Positions 8,237-18,200 of a stretch of DNA of 38,910 nt are shown one piece after another; position 1 is the stretch's first letter; each line of letters opens with the position of its first letter. The position numbers and the translations under genes are program-made. Origin of the DNA: Paracoccaceae bacterium (GTDB taxonomy: Bacteria > Pseudomonadota > Alphaproteobacteria > Rhodobacterales > Rhodobacteraceae); assembly GCA_031374565.1 (NCBI GenBank), contig JANMGI010000129.1, positions 1 to 38,910 of the forward strand, read 5' to 3'. The notes under the pieces were generated by a model. That model did no database searches. It was not told the DNA's origin and saw only the letters and a list, made by a program, of their open reading frames with translations.

Positions 8237-8986
8237 ATGAACACGCCGATCACCGTCGTTCCGGGACTGTCGCTGCCGGTTGCCGTTGGTGCAGGGCTGA
8301 CCAACCGCGGCATGGTGCGAGACCGCAACGAAGACTCGATCCTGACCGATCCCTCGGGCACGCTTTGGGCGGTGGCCGACGGAATGGGTGGCTACGGAAA
8401 CGGCGACGTCGCCTCGGACATCGTGATCGATTGTCTGGCGAAGATCCCGGACGGGGTCGATCCCGGACCTGCGCTGGTGGCCCGGCTGAAAGAGGCGAAC
8501 GATCTGATCCTTGAACGGCAGCGCGCTCCGGGGATGGGGCGGATGGGCTCGACCGTGGTGGCGATCCTGATTTCCCGCGCTGTCGCCCATGTCGCCTGGG
8601 CCGGGGACAGCCGGGCCTATCTCTTGCGCGGCGGTCACCTGCGGCCCCTGACCCGCGATCATTCGGTGGTACAGGAAATGGTCGACCGGGGCGAACTGTC
8701 GCCGGAAGAGGCCGAAAGCCACCCGGAATCGCACATGGTGACGCGGGCGGTTGGTGGCGGGGCAGAGCTGGAGGTCGATCTGGTCAGCGTGCCGTTGGCT
8801 GTGGGCGACCGGCTTTTACTCTGCAGCGACGGGCTGACCCGCTGCGTCTACGAGCAGACGGTCGAGGCCCTGCTGAAAGAGGCAACCGATCCCGAGGATG
8901 CCTGCCAGCGCCTCTTGCGTGAGGCTCTGGACAGCGGCGCGCCCGACAATGTCTCGGCCATCACCGTCCAGATCCGGGAGGGCTGA
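8237..8986 (+). CDS. pppA: PP2C-family Ser/Thr phosphatase, T6SS-associated
   Basis: R..NED, ADGMGG, GDSRAY, LLCSDGL and DN motifs; located in the T6SS cluster with ppkA and fha. Confidence 0.88.
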   Translation: MNTPITVVPGLSLPVAVGAGLTNRGMVRDRNEDSILTDPSGTLWAVADGMGGYGNGDVASDIVIDCLAKIPDGVDPGPALVARLKEANDLILERQRAPGMGRMGSTVVAILISRAVAHVAWAGDSRAYLLRGGHLRPLTRDHSVVQEMVDRGELSPEEAESHPESHMVTRAVGGGAELEVDLVSVPLAVGDRLLLCSDGLTRCVYEQTVEALLKEATDPEDACQRLLREALDSGAPDNVSAITVQIREG

Positions 8987-8989
8987 GAG

Positions 8990-9877
8990 GTGCAGCGGAC
9001 AAACCTTGTCGCCCCGATCATCGTCGCCATCGGGGTCATCATAGCCGCCGTCGCCTTTGCCATGGTGACGACCCTGCTGGAATCTGCCGACAGCGGGGCC
9101 GACCTGCGCCTGACCCGCCTGGAAGAAGCGTTTGATTCCGAAGCCGCGCAGCGCTCAGCGCTGGAGACCGAAATCGTCGCGCTGAAGGCAGACCTGGCAC
9201 AGATGCGCGACGACATGAGCCTTCTGGCCAACCGCGCGCCAGTCGCACAGACCCCGGACATCGCAGCCCCGACCGACAGCGAAGTCCTGACCGGCCCGGA
9301 AGACGAACAGCATCAGCCCGAGACTCAAGCGCTGACCGAGCAGATGAAGGCAGCGCGGGACCGATTCAACAAGGGCGTGACCCAGCCGCGCAACAAGACC
9401 ATGCTGGCGCTTCTGGGCCGCCCGCGTGAGGACCTTGGCACTGACTGCCGGGGGATCACCAACCCCAGGCTCAAGGCCCTGGTCGAAACCCGCACGATCG
9501 GCCCGATCAAGGCCACGATGCTGAAACCCGCGCTGGACAGCCTTGAACGGATCTTCGCCAAACTGAAGGCGGATGAGCCTGACATCTATGCCAAGCTGGG
9601 CACGGCAGGGGCGCTTTGCGTGCGGCTGATCCGGGGCTCGAACTCCTCGGTCTCGAACCATTCCTTCGGCACGGCGATCGACATCACGTTGCAAGGTGAG
9701 CTGGACCCCTTCGCAGATGGCACCATGCAAATCGGTCTCGTGATCCTGGCCGAACACTTCAACGAGGAAGGCTGGTACTGGGGCGGGGGCTACAACCGCG
9801 AAGACGGGATGCATTTCGAGGTGGGCGAGGAAACGCTTCGCAAATGGGTCGAGGACGGGCTGATTCCTTCGCAATGA
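8990..9877 (+). CDS. Membrane-anchored M15-family zinc peptidoglycan peptidase (TagX-like role)
   Basis: N-terminal TM helix, coiled coil, then SNHSFGTAID (H-x6-D) and DGMHFE motifs. Confidence 0.85.
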   Translation: MQRTNLVAPIIVAIGVIIAAVAFAMVTTLLESADSGADLRLTRLEEAFDSEAAQRSALETEIVALKADLAQMRDDMSLLANRAPVAQTPDIAAPTDSEVLTGPEDEQHQPETQALTEQMKAARDRFNKGVTQPRNKTMLALLGRPREDLGTDCRGITNPRLKALVETRTIGPIKATMLKPALDSLERIFAKLKADEPDIYAKLGTAGALCVRLIRGSNSSVSNHSFGTAIDITLQGELDPFADGTMQIGLVILAEHFNEEGWYWGGGYNREDGMHFEVGEETLRKWVEDGLIPSQ

Positions 9878-12351
9878 GTGCCGATCCGAACAGCCCGCGC
9901 ACTGTGATGCCGCCCCGGCGCGGCGGGCGGACCTCCGACCCGGACGTTTATGAACAGGCAGCGGCACCGGTCCTGCGAATGGCAGAGGAACTGGCGACAG
10001 TTAGGGGCGTGGGCGCACAAAAGCTGGTGCAGCAGGCCGCCGATGCGCTGGACCGTTTCAGCGCCGACTTGCAGCGGGCGGGTGTCGTGCCCTCGACAGT
10101 GCAGCCGGCGCGCTATGCTTTGGGTTGGCTTCTGGACCAGAAGGCCCGGGCCAACCGCGCGGTGGATGTGGCGCTGTGGGGGGCGGGGGCGCATCGGCTG
10201 ATCTTCGACGGACGCGACATGGCGCCTTCCACGTTGCGCGACTTCATCCGCAAAGCTGTCGATGCGGGGCCGGATTTCAACGGCGTGCGCGTGTTCATGG
10301 AGCGCCGCCAGGCCGAGCTTGAGGGCAGCCGAACGCGGTTTGACCGCAACCTGGGCGCGGGCTGGACCGGGATCACGCTGGTCTTGATACTGGCCTTCGT
10401 CGCCCTGCTGGCGGGATGGGCCGGTTTCGTGGAATGGCGCTTCCACCGCGACCTGACCCGACTTTTCGACGCCGAGGCGCTGTCCATCGGACTGGATCGC
10501 GACGCGGTGATGCCCGACTTGCCCCAGCGTCTGACCCGGTTGGGAGAGGCCGCCGATGGCGTGGCACGGGCTGCGGACAAGGCTCCTATCCGGCTTTTCG
10601 CGGGGGCATTCGGCTTTGACGCCGCAGCACACGCCGATGAAGTTTACGAAGCAGCCGTGCAACAGCATGTGCCGGGCGAAATGGCGCGGGCCGTTGATGC
10701 AGCGCTTGCGGCCGAAGGGGAGAGTCTGCCGCTCTACGACACACTGCGGGCCTGGTCGATCCTTTCGGGCCAGGCGGAGTGGGCGCCCGACTATCTTGCG
10801 GGTTGGCTTGCGGATCGCGCCGGGGCGATGCCCGATCTGCAACCCCTTGTCCCCCACCTTGCCCGCCTGCGCCTGCCGCCCGGCCCCCTGCCACCACCGG
10901 ATGCCGAGCTTTTGACCCAGGCCCGCACCTTTGCCGCCGAGGCCACCGAAGGAGCGCGGGCCTATCTGGAGCTTCTTCGGTCTAACGGTGCGGCGGACAT
11001 TGCCCCCTGGGTGCCGGACGTGGCTGTGCCGGGCCTTGCGGTCGTGATGCAGCGTCGCTCCGGCATTGCGGTGAACACTTCGATTGCCGGGCTTTTCACC
11101 CAAGATGGCTGGGATTTCGCCCGCAAGATCGGGGCCGGGCTCGCCGTGCAGACCGCGCGGGACGAAGCCACCCGACTGTTCGACAAACCGCCCGCCACAG
11201 CAAACGACTCACCGGATCAGGTGCTGGATATCCTGCAGCGTGAAACCCTGTCGCGCTGGAAGGCCTTCCTTGCCGACCTTCAGGTGCAGCCCTTTGCAGA
11301 CCCCGCGCAGGCGGTCCTGATCTCGGGCCGCCTTGCGGTGCCGGATTCGCCCCTCGCCGCCCTGCTTCCCGAGGTCTGGGCGCAGGTCGGCGGACTTGAC
11401 CGCGACCGCCCGCATGCCATGCAGCTGCGCATCGCCTCGGACTTTGCCGCGCTGATCCAGTACTCCGAAGATGGCCGGATGTCCGAAATTGCCGGTCTTT
11501 TCGCCAGCCTGAACGTTGCTCTTGGTGCAATGGACAAGGACGAACCGCGTGGTTTGCAGCGGTTGATGTCGGCCAAAGCGCGGGGCGCGACGCTGACCGC
11601 CTTGCGCACCGCCCCACCGATGGTCGTGCAGATCGTCGAGGACGTTCTGGCCCAGACCAGTGCCGCCCAGGCCGACCCCTTGTCGAACCCGCTGACCAAG
11701 GCCTGGCAGTCCGAAGTGCTGTCCTTGTGCAAAGGTACGACCGAAGGCCGCTATCCCTTTGCCGAAGGGTCTGAGGCAAGCCTGGCCGAAGTCGCCGGTC
11801 TTCTGGCCCCCGGCGGTGCCATCGACCGCTTCTACCGCACCCGGGCCGAGCCCTATATCGACACCTCCAGCAACCCATGGCGTTGGAAGCCGGACGCCCG
11901 TTTTGCGGGACTTGACCCGAAAAGCGCCGAGTTCCTGCAACGCACCCAGGCCATCGCCGCCGGTCTTGCGGGGCAAGGCACTACCCTCAATCTTGCCGCC
12001 CTTGCTGAACGCGGCAAAACTTTTGTCGCCATCGGCGGCGCCGGGGGGCCGGTGGAGACCAGTCTGGAGCCGCTGACGCTGACCTGGCCCGGTGCCAATC
12101 CCGCCGCCGGGGCCGAAGTCCGCTTCACCACGTCAGAAGGCAGCGCCAGCCTGGTCCAGCCGGGCGAATGGGGACTGTTCCGCATTCTTGACGGCGTCCG
12201 GCTGCGCGAACGCGACGGCGGCAAACGCTTTCTGGTCGATCTGCGGTCCGGCGGGGCACGGCTATTTGTGGAAGTGCAGTTCCAGACCGAGGCCAACCCG
12301 CTGTCACGCTGGCGGCTGCTGAAAGGTCTGGCCTGCCCCACCGCACTTTGA
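9874..12351 (+). CDS. TssL(DotU)-like / TssM(ImcF) periplasmic-domain fusion protein
   Basis: The N-terminal region aligns by eye with DotU (AAAPVL..., ARYAL..LLD). One TM follows, then similarity to the TssM periplasmic part (LYDTLRAW, GLFTQDGW, TEGRYPFA, PWRWK, LTWPG, GEWGLFR, CPTAL). There is no Walker A motif. The ATG overlaps the upstream stop. Confidence 0.85.
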   Translation: MSADPNSPRTVMPPRRGGRTSDPDVYEQAAAPVLRMAEELATVRGVGAQKLVQQAADALDRFSADLQRAGVVPSTVQPARYALGWLLDQKARANRAVDVALWGAGAHRLIFDGRDMAPSTLRDFIRKAVDAGPDFNGVRVFMERRQAELEGSRTRFDRNLGAGWTGITLVLILAFVALLAGWAGFVEWRFHRDLTRLFDAEALSIGLDRDAVMPDLPQRLTRLGEAADGVARAADKAPIRLFAGAFGFDAAAHADEVYEAAVQQHVPGEMARAVDAALAAEGESLPLYDTLRAWSILSGQAEWAPDYLAGWLADRAGAMPDLQPLVPHLARLRLPPGPLPPPDAELLTQARTFAAEATEGARAYLELLRSNGAADIAPWVPDVAVPGLAVVMQRRSGIAVNTSIAGLFTQDGWDFARKIGAGLAVQTARDEATRLFDKPPATANDSPDQVLDILQRETLSRWKAFLADLQVQPFADPAQAVLISGRLAVPDSPLAALLPEVWAQVGGLDRDRPHAMQLRIASDFAALIQYSEDGRMSEIAGLFASLNVALGAMDKDEPRGLQRLMSAKARGATLTALRTAPPMVVQIVEDVLAQTSAAQADPLSNPLTKAWQSEVLSLCKGTTEGRYPFAEGSEASLAEVAGLLAPGGAIDRFYRTRAEPYIDTSSNPWRWKPDARFAGLDPKSAEFLQRTQAIAAGLAGQGTTLNLAALAERGKTFVAIGGAGGPVETSLEPLTLTWPGANPAAGAEVRFTTSEGSASLVQPGEWGLFRILDGVRLRERDGGKRFLVDLRSGGARLFVEVQFQTEANPLSRWRLLKGLACPTAL

Positions 12352-12448
12352 CACGTTTTCGGCCCCACACCGGCAATTTTCGGCTAGACTGAACCAGCAT
12401 TTGCCAGAAGACCCGATTTGACATCGCTTTCGGACAGGAGAGATCAGC

Positions 12449-14752
12449 ATGGCTGACGGTCGCAACATCACGGTCAGCACGGCCCTTGGCGACAAACTCC
12501 TCTTCACCCAGATGGAAGGCTTCGACGAGATCAGCCAGTGCTTCCGCTATGACACCGGCTTGGTCAGCAAGGACATCAACATCAAGGCGGAAGACATCCT
12601 TGGCACTCCCGCGACGATCTCCATCCGCACCGACAGCGACAAGCGTTTTTTCCACGGCGTCGTCGCGGAGTTCTCTTTCCACGAATATCGCGATGACTAT
12701 GCCCATTACCGCGCGGTGCTGCGGCCATGGCTCTGGTTCCTGACCAATCGCAGCGACAACCGCATATTCCAGAAAAAAAGCGTGATCGAGATCATCGAAG
12801 AGGTGTTCAAACCCTACACCAACGCCAAAGTGGAAAAGCGGCTCAAGAAGTCCTACCCCCCACGCGACTACTGCGTGCAATACCGCGAGACCGACCTGAA
12901 CTTCGTCCAACGGCTGATGGAACACGAGGGGATCTTCTACCACTTTGACCATGCCGATGGTGAACACACGCTGGTCCTGTCCGACGCCAACGCCAGCGTG
13001 AAGGACGCCGCAGGGTATGAGACGATCAAGTTTCGCAGCGAGACGGACAACGTCACCGCGCTGGATGATGTGATCCACACGCTTCTGCCCAGGGCTTCGG
13101 TCCGGTCGGGAACCTATGTGCACACCGACTATGACTTCAAGAAACCCGCCACCGACCTGATGACCAAATCGGACGCCCCGAAATCGCACGAAGCGGCCAA
13201 AGGGGAGCTTTATCATTACCCCGGCGACTACATCGAGGTTGGTGATGGCGAACCCCTTGCCGCGATCCGGCTGGAAGAGGCACAGGCCCCACATGTCCGG
13301 GTCGCGGCGACCGGCAACGTGCGCGGCTTGTGGTCCGGGGTCAGCTTCAGTCTTGAGGAGTTTGAACGCGAGAGTGACAACCAGAAGTATCTCGTCCTGC
13401 GGTCCGATTACCAGATGTGGGACGAAGAGCACCGCGCCGGGATGGAGCGTACAGACGAGGGCATTCGGGTCCGTCTGGTGCTGCAACCCCATGCACTGAC
13501 CTTCCGCCCCGAACGCCGGACACCAAGCCCCCTGATGTCCGGCCCGCAGACCGCCGTCGTGGTAGGTCCGTCGGGCGAAGAGATCTTCACCGACGCGTAT
13601 TCGCGCGTGAAGGTGCAATTCCATTGGGACCGGCTGGGCGGCAAGGACGAAAACTCCAGCTGCTTTGTCCGGGTCAGTTCGGTCTGGGCCGGGTCGGGCT
13701 GGGGTTTCATCCAGATCCCACGGATCGGACAAGAGGTGATCGTCGACTTCCTGGAAGGCAACCCGGATGCGCCGATCATCACCGGACGGGTCTACAACGC
13801 CGCACAGATGCCACCCTACGGCCTGCCGGGCAGCGCCACGCAATCGGGATGGAAATCCAACTCATCGCCCGGCGGCGGCGGCTGGAACGAGATGCGATTC
13901 GAGGACAAGGCCGGGTCCGAAGAGGTGTATTTCCAGGCGCAAAAAGACCACAACGAGCTGATCAAGAACAACGAATCCCGCGCCATCGGCAATGACTTTG
14001 CCGAAGACGTGGGCCATGACGCCAAGCAGGATATCGGCCACGACCGGACCGAGACGGTGGGCAACGACAAGTCCGTGACGGTGGGCCATGACCAGACCAC
14101 CAGCATTGGCAACAACGACACTGAATCAGTGGGCGTGAATCGCTCGCTGTCGGTGGGGTCGAACGAGACGATCAGCGTTGGCTCAAACTCTACGGAAACC
14201 ATCGGGTTGAACCACACCCAGACCGTCGCCGTAGTGCAGACCATCACCGTGGGTGCCGCGCGAGTGGACAGCGTGGGCGCGACCGAAACCCGCACGGTCG
14301 GCGCGGCGCAGACGATGACCATCGGGGCTTCAAGGACTGTGACGGTCGGGGCCGCAGAGAGCCACTCGATCGGATCAAGCGATAGCTGGACCATCGGCAG
14401 CGACCGCAACGTATCCGTAGCGGGGAAAGAGGCGATCTCGGTCGGCGGCGATCAGTCGGAAAGTGTCGGGGGCGGCGTCTCTGTGTCCGTCGGGAAGGAT
14501 CGGTCGTCCAGCATCGCGGGCGGGGAAACCCTGGGTGTCGGCAAGGACATGGGGATCAAAGTCGGCAAGAAGTTCGTCCTGGAAGTGGCCGACGAGATCA
14601 CCCTTAAATGTGGCGATGCCGAGGTCACGATGAAAAAAGACGGGACCATTTCGATCAAGGGCAAGGACATCACCATGAACGGCTCGGGCAAGATCACCGT
14701 CAAGGCGGACGGCGACATCAAGATGACAGGGTCGAAGATCCACCAGAACTGA
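12449..14752 (+). CDS. vgrG: T6SS spike protein VgrG
   Basis: YCVQYRETDLNFVQRLMEHEG, GPQTAVVVG, RVKVQFHWDR and PRIGQEVIVDFLEG motifs, followed by gp5-type 8-residue repeats. Confidence 0.98.
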   Translation: MADGRNITVSTALGDKLLFTQMEGFDEISQCFRYDTGLVSKDINIKAEDILGTPATISIRTDSDKRFFHGVVAEFSFHEYRDDYAHYRAVLRPWLWFLTNRSDNRIFQKKSVIEIIEEVFKPYTNAKVEKRLKKSYPPRDYCVQYRETDLNFVQRLMEHEGIFYHFDHADGEHTLVLSDANASVKDAAGYETIKFRSETDNVTALDDVIHTLLPRASVRSGTYVHTDYDFKKPATDLMTKSDAPKSHEAAKGELYHYPGDYIEVGDGEPLAAIRLEEAQAPHVRVAATGNVRGLWSGVSFSLEEFERESDNQKYLVLRSDYQMWDEEHRAGMERTDEGIRVRLVLQPHALTFRPERRTPSPLMSGPQTAVVVGPSGEEIFTDAYSRVKVQFHWDRLGGKDENSSCFVRVSSVWAGSGWGFIQIPRIGQEVIVDFLEGNPDAPIITGRVYNAAQMPPYGLPGSATQSGWKSNSSPGGGGWNEMRFEDKAGSEEVYFQAQKDHNELIKNNESRAIGNDFAEDVGHDAKQDIGHDRTETVGNDKSVTVGHDQTTSIGNNDTESVGVNRSLSVGSNETISVGSNSTETIGLNHTQTVAVVQTITVGAARVDSVGATETRTVGAAQTMTIGASRTVTVGAAESHSIGSSDSWTIGSDRNVSVAGKEAISVGGDQSESVGGGVSVSVGKDRSSSIAGGETLGVGKDMGIKVGKKFVLEVADEITLKCGDAEVTMKKDGTISIKGKDITMNGSGKITVKADGDIKMTGSKIHQN
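13970..14580 (+). repeat. gp5-like 8-residue beta-helix repeats (VG/IG-x6) in VgrG
   Basis: Periodic units such as VGHDAKQD, IGHDRTET, VGNDKSVT and VGHDQTTS. Confidence 0.85.
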
Positions 14753-14767
14753 CTGTGCCCGTTCTCA

Positions 14768-15292
14768 TCACCTGCTGACCAGCTGTCTGATTGCGGCTTC
14801 AGGGTCTTGCGGGTCAACTTCCAGCGTGGGTCGTCCGGGGGTCCAAAGCTGCATCGGACCGGTAGCAGAGCCTGTAGGCTCAGGCGCTGGAAGCGCGTCG
14901 AGGGCGTGCCAAAGGTCGTCGGGTGCAAAAGTCTCGAGTCGGGCCATCAGGGCAGCTTCGCACCAGTCGTCAACCTGATCCCGCGACACATCGCCTTTGG
15001 CGATTAGGAGAAGCGACAGCGGGAACAGCCGCCCTACGCTATCGTTGCTTGGCAGGATCACCCCGGCGGCAAGTCTTCCTCCGGACGGCAGGCGAAAACG
15101 CAGGCCGCCGGGCGGGAAGACGTGGCCGTGGCGCTGAAGCGGGGCGATGTGGCGCGTCAGCCAGAAGTCCCAATGTTTGCGAAAAGCGTCGGGCAACCCG
15201 CGCCAGACAAAATCGCCCGTAGCGGGCAGCTTGCCGAAGATCCCGACGACGGGGCGGCGGTCTTCCTCTGGTGTCAGAACTTCGTCGGGCAT
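14768..15292 (-). CDS. tagF: T6SS-associated TagF (copy 1)
   Basis: FGKLPATGDFV, WD.W and S.DSVGR.FPL motifs; follows tssM. Confidence 0.92.
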   Translation of the reverse strand: MPDEVLTPEEDRRPVVGIFGKLPATGDFVWRGLPDAFRKHWDFWLTRHIAPLQRHGHVFPPGGLRFRLPSGGRLAAGVILPSNDSVGRLFPLSLLLIAKGDVSRDQVDDWCEAALMARLETFAPDDLWHALDALPAPEPTGSATGPMQLWTPGRPTLEVDPQDPEAAIRQLVSR

Positions 15293-18200
15293 TTGAAGTT
15301 GCCAAACATCTTCAGATCGAACGGGTTGTCGACCGAGGCGGCGCGCAGCTCGAAATCGGCCGAAAAGCCCGACAGCCCCAGCCGCAGCTTGAACACCTCG
15401 GGCAGATCGGTAGCAGTCAGCCGCCCCTTCCGGATCAGTCGCAGCCAGGCCCAGGAACCGGTTTCCGATGTCAGAAGCTCACCCGTGCCATCGGCGGGCT
15501 GAAACGACAGCGAGATCAGGTTGGTTCCGTCCGGTCCGGGCCAAGTCATCGGCAACGGGCGGGTCGCCGCGTTGAGGTAGGTCAGCACCTGTCCATCCAC
15601 ATTCATCGTGACGCTTGCGGCGTTGGGGGTCAGATCCTTGGCCTCCAGCGTGAAGGCCATAACCGGGCCAGATCCGCCCGGGAAAAGCCCGTCACGGATC
15701 GAGCGGGCGCGTTCGAACGGCGACAGAAGTGCGCCGTCAAGGCCGAAGTCGGCTCGCCAGGCCCAGGGTTTCACAGTGGTGTCGATGTAGGGCAGCAGGT
15801 TGTCGGTCACGAACTTGTCGATCCGTGCACCGGGGGCAAACAGCTCACGGAAGTCGGCGACGTTGACATCAATGGCCGAGGCTTCATCGAAGGGGTAACG
15901 GCCTTCGGTCGCCTTGACGCAAAAGTCGTACACATCGGCGCGCCAGCGGTCGTTCAACTGGCTGATCACCGCATCCCGTGTGACCGCGATGGTATCACCC
16001 GCGATCCCCGCAACCCAGTCGTCCAGCGGATCAGGCAGCGACTTTGCAGCGTTGGCGACGGCTCCGGTAAGTTCGCCCAGACCGCCGCGGGCCAGAAGTG
16101 TCGCCTCGGGGTCGGGTGAGTTCATCGCGCTGGCGAGTTCCTTCGCCAGCCCGTCCAGTTGCAGGCCGACATCATCCAGAAGCGGGGGGATGCCGTCGAC
16201 CTCCTGGATCGCGCCTTTCAGCGGCGCAAAATGCAGGGCGACATCGGTGCCGGGCGGCGGGCCGTCCGCGGTACCACCGGTGGAGGTTGCAAACTTGCTG
16301 CCCGCCTTCAGCAATTTGCCGACCTTGCCCAGCTTGGAGACGGCCTTCTTCGCAAGCCCGTCGGTCGCAGCGCCTTCTTCTTCAGGGATAACACGGGTCA
16401 GGTCGACCTCGTCCACCACGGCACGGACAAGTCGTCGCAGCGTGCTGTCGGGGCTGGCGAGGTCCTTCATGTTCGCTGTGGCGGTGGGCAGGTCGGTGAT
16501 CGGAGCAAGGCGGATATCGCGCAGAAAACCGTTCCACTGTGCAATGAAGTCGTCCTGATAAAGCTTCAGGATGTCCGCTTCCAGCGTGGGAACCGAAGCG
16601 TCCGAGCTTTCGGCGCAGCCCCCGGCAAAGACCGCCTGATCAAGGGCGGCCGTGGCAGCGACATCGGGGATCAGAGGCAGGACGGTGTTGTGGAAACCGT
16701 CATAAGTGAAGGCGCCGGGCAGACCGACGCGTAACGTCTTTTCCGAAATGCGGGTCAGGACTCGGGTGGCATTCGGCCCGGCCTTCTCAGCCGGAATCCA
16801 TTCGGGAAGGGCGGTAACCGCCGGATCGGAAATCAGCGCGGAATAGGCACGGGCAGCCAGCGGAATGGTGCAGATCGACTGCAGCGCCGCTTGCACCAGG
16901 TCGTTGTCCGGGGCGATCTTCTGCTCCTCAGACCCCATCCTGTCGATGGCCGCCAACTGGTGCTCCCGCGCGGCATCGGTCGGGAATGGGTCGATGGGCG
17001 CATTCAAGGGCAGTTGGTCCTGCCACCACTGGCCGACAAAGTCGCGATTGTAGGGCGTAAGCCCCGTCATCATGTAGTAGACCTTCAGCGCCCCCAGAAG
17101 GTATTCCGGATCACGGACCTGCCGCCACATCGTCGCTTCCAGCATCGCGACCATCCGGGGCTCCAGGATGTTGCGCAGACCCCGGTCATAGGCGATCCGC
17201 TGCGCCTCGCTCAGCTCTGACCGGGCAGTCGGGCCAATGATCGTCAGCGGTGAGGTGGCAATCTCGGTCGCGGCTGCCTTGACCTCGGTGACGCCTTCTA
17301 GGGCAAGTTCCAGGTCCAGAGGGTCGGTCGGGGCCTGCCGCGCGGCGACATTGGCAAGCCTGCCGGACAGATCGGCCAAAAGCCGTTCCTGGTCGTCGAT
17401 GCCGCCGGAATAGCGCAGGAAACTGAACAGGAACAGCAGACCGGCGACGATGGTCAGCAACGACGCCCCGGCCAGCGACCCGCGCCAGACCCATTTGCGG
17501 CGTTCCTCAGCTGCAGCGTCGAATGTGCCCAGACCGGCCTCGGGGAAGATGAGATCGGTCAGCATGTTGCGCAGGAAGTAGGACCGCTTTTCACCGAAAG
17601 GTCGGCGCGTGGGGGCATCGGCGTTCAGGCCGAAAGACCCCGCAAGCTCGCCCACCAGACGGTCTATGGGAGAGCCCTCTTGCGTGGCCGAGGTAAAGTA
17701 GAACCCGCGCAGCCAGGGGCTTTCCTCGTACTTGCTTTCACCAAAGACCGCATCGATCAGCAGCTTCAGCGGCGCATCCAGCCGTTCCATCTGCGACGGA
17801 AAGCGGAACACCTCGGCCCGCTGGTCCAGCGCCACATCCTCGGCCATGCGACTGACAAGCCGTGCTTCAAGATTTGCCGACAGCGCCTTCGTCTCGCGCT
17901 CGATGGTGGTGCGGTCGATCCGGGCGTCGGTGGGCAGCGTCGCCCCCCAGACCTGCTCACGGTCTTTGTTGGTGAGCGGGCCGAAGAAGCCCTCGAACCC
18001 CGGCACAAGATCGACCTTGGTGATCATCAGGTAGACCGGAAGCTGGATCTGCAACCGGTCCCGCAGTTCCGCCAGCCGCTTGCGGATTTCGCGACCGTGT
18101 TCGCGCACGGCGGTCTCGCCCGCCAGAAGGTCCTTGAGGCTGAGCGTCAGGATCACCCCGTTCAGCGCCCGCTTGCCCCGGTGCTTCTTCAGCATATCAA

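Noticed and set aside
12125-13843. 572-aa antisense ORF, and similar long shadows (27539..29104, 33781..35154, 9790..11103, 22327..23574)
   Set aside because: They lie opposite well-supported genes, carry no motifs, and are expected from high-GC codon bias.
13970-14580. Possible CRISPR or DNA tandem array
   Set aside because: The periodicity is at protein level (gp5 repeats); there are no identical DNA repeats with spacers.
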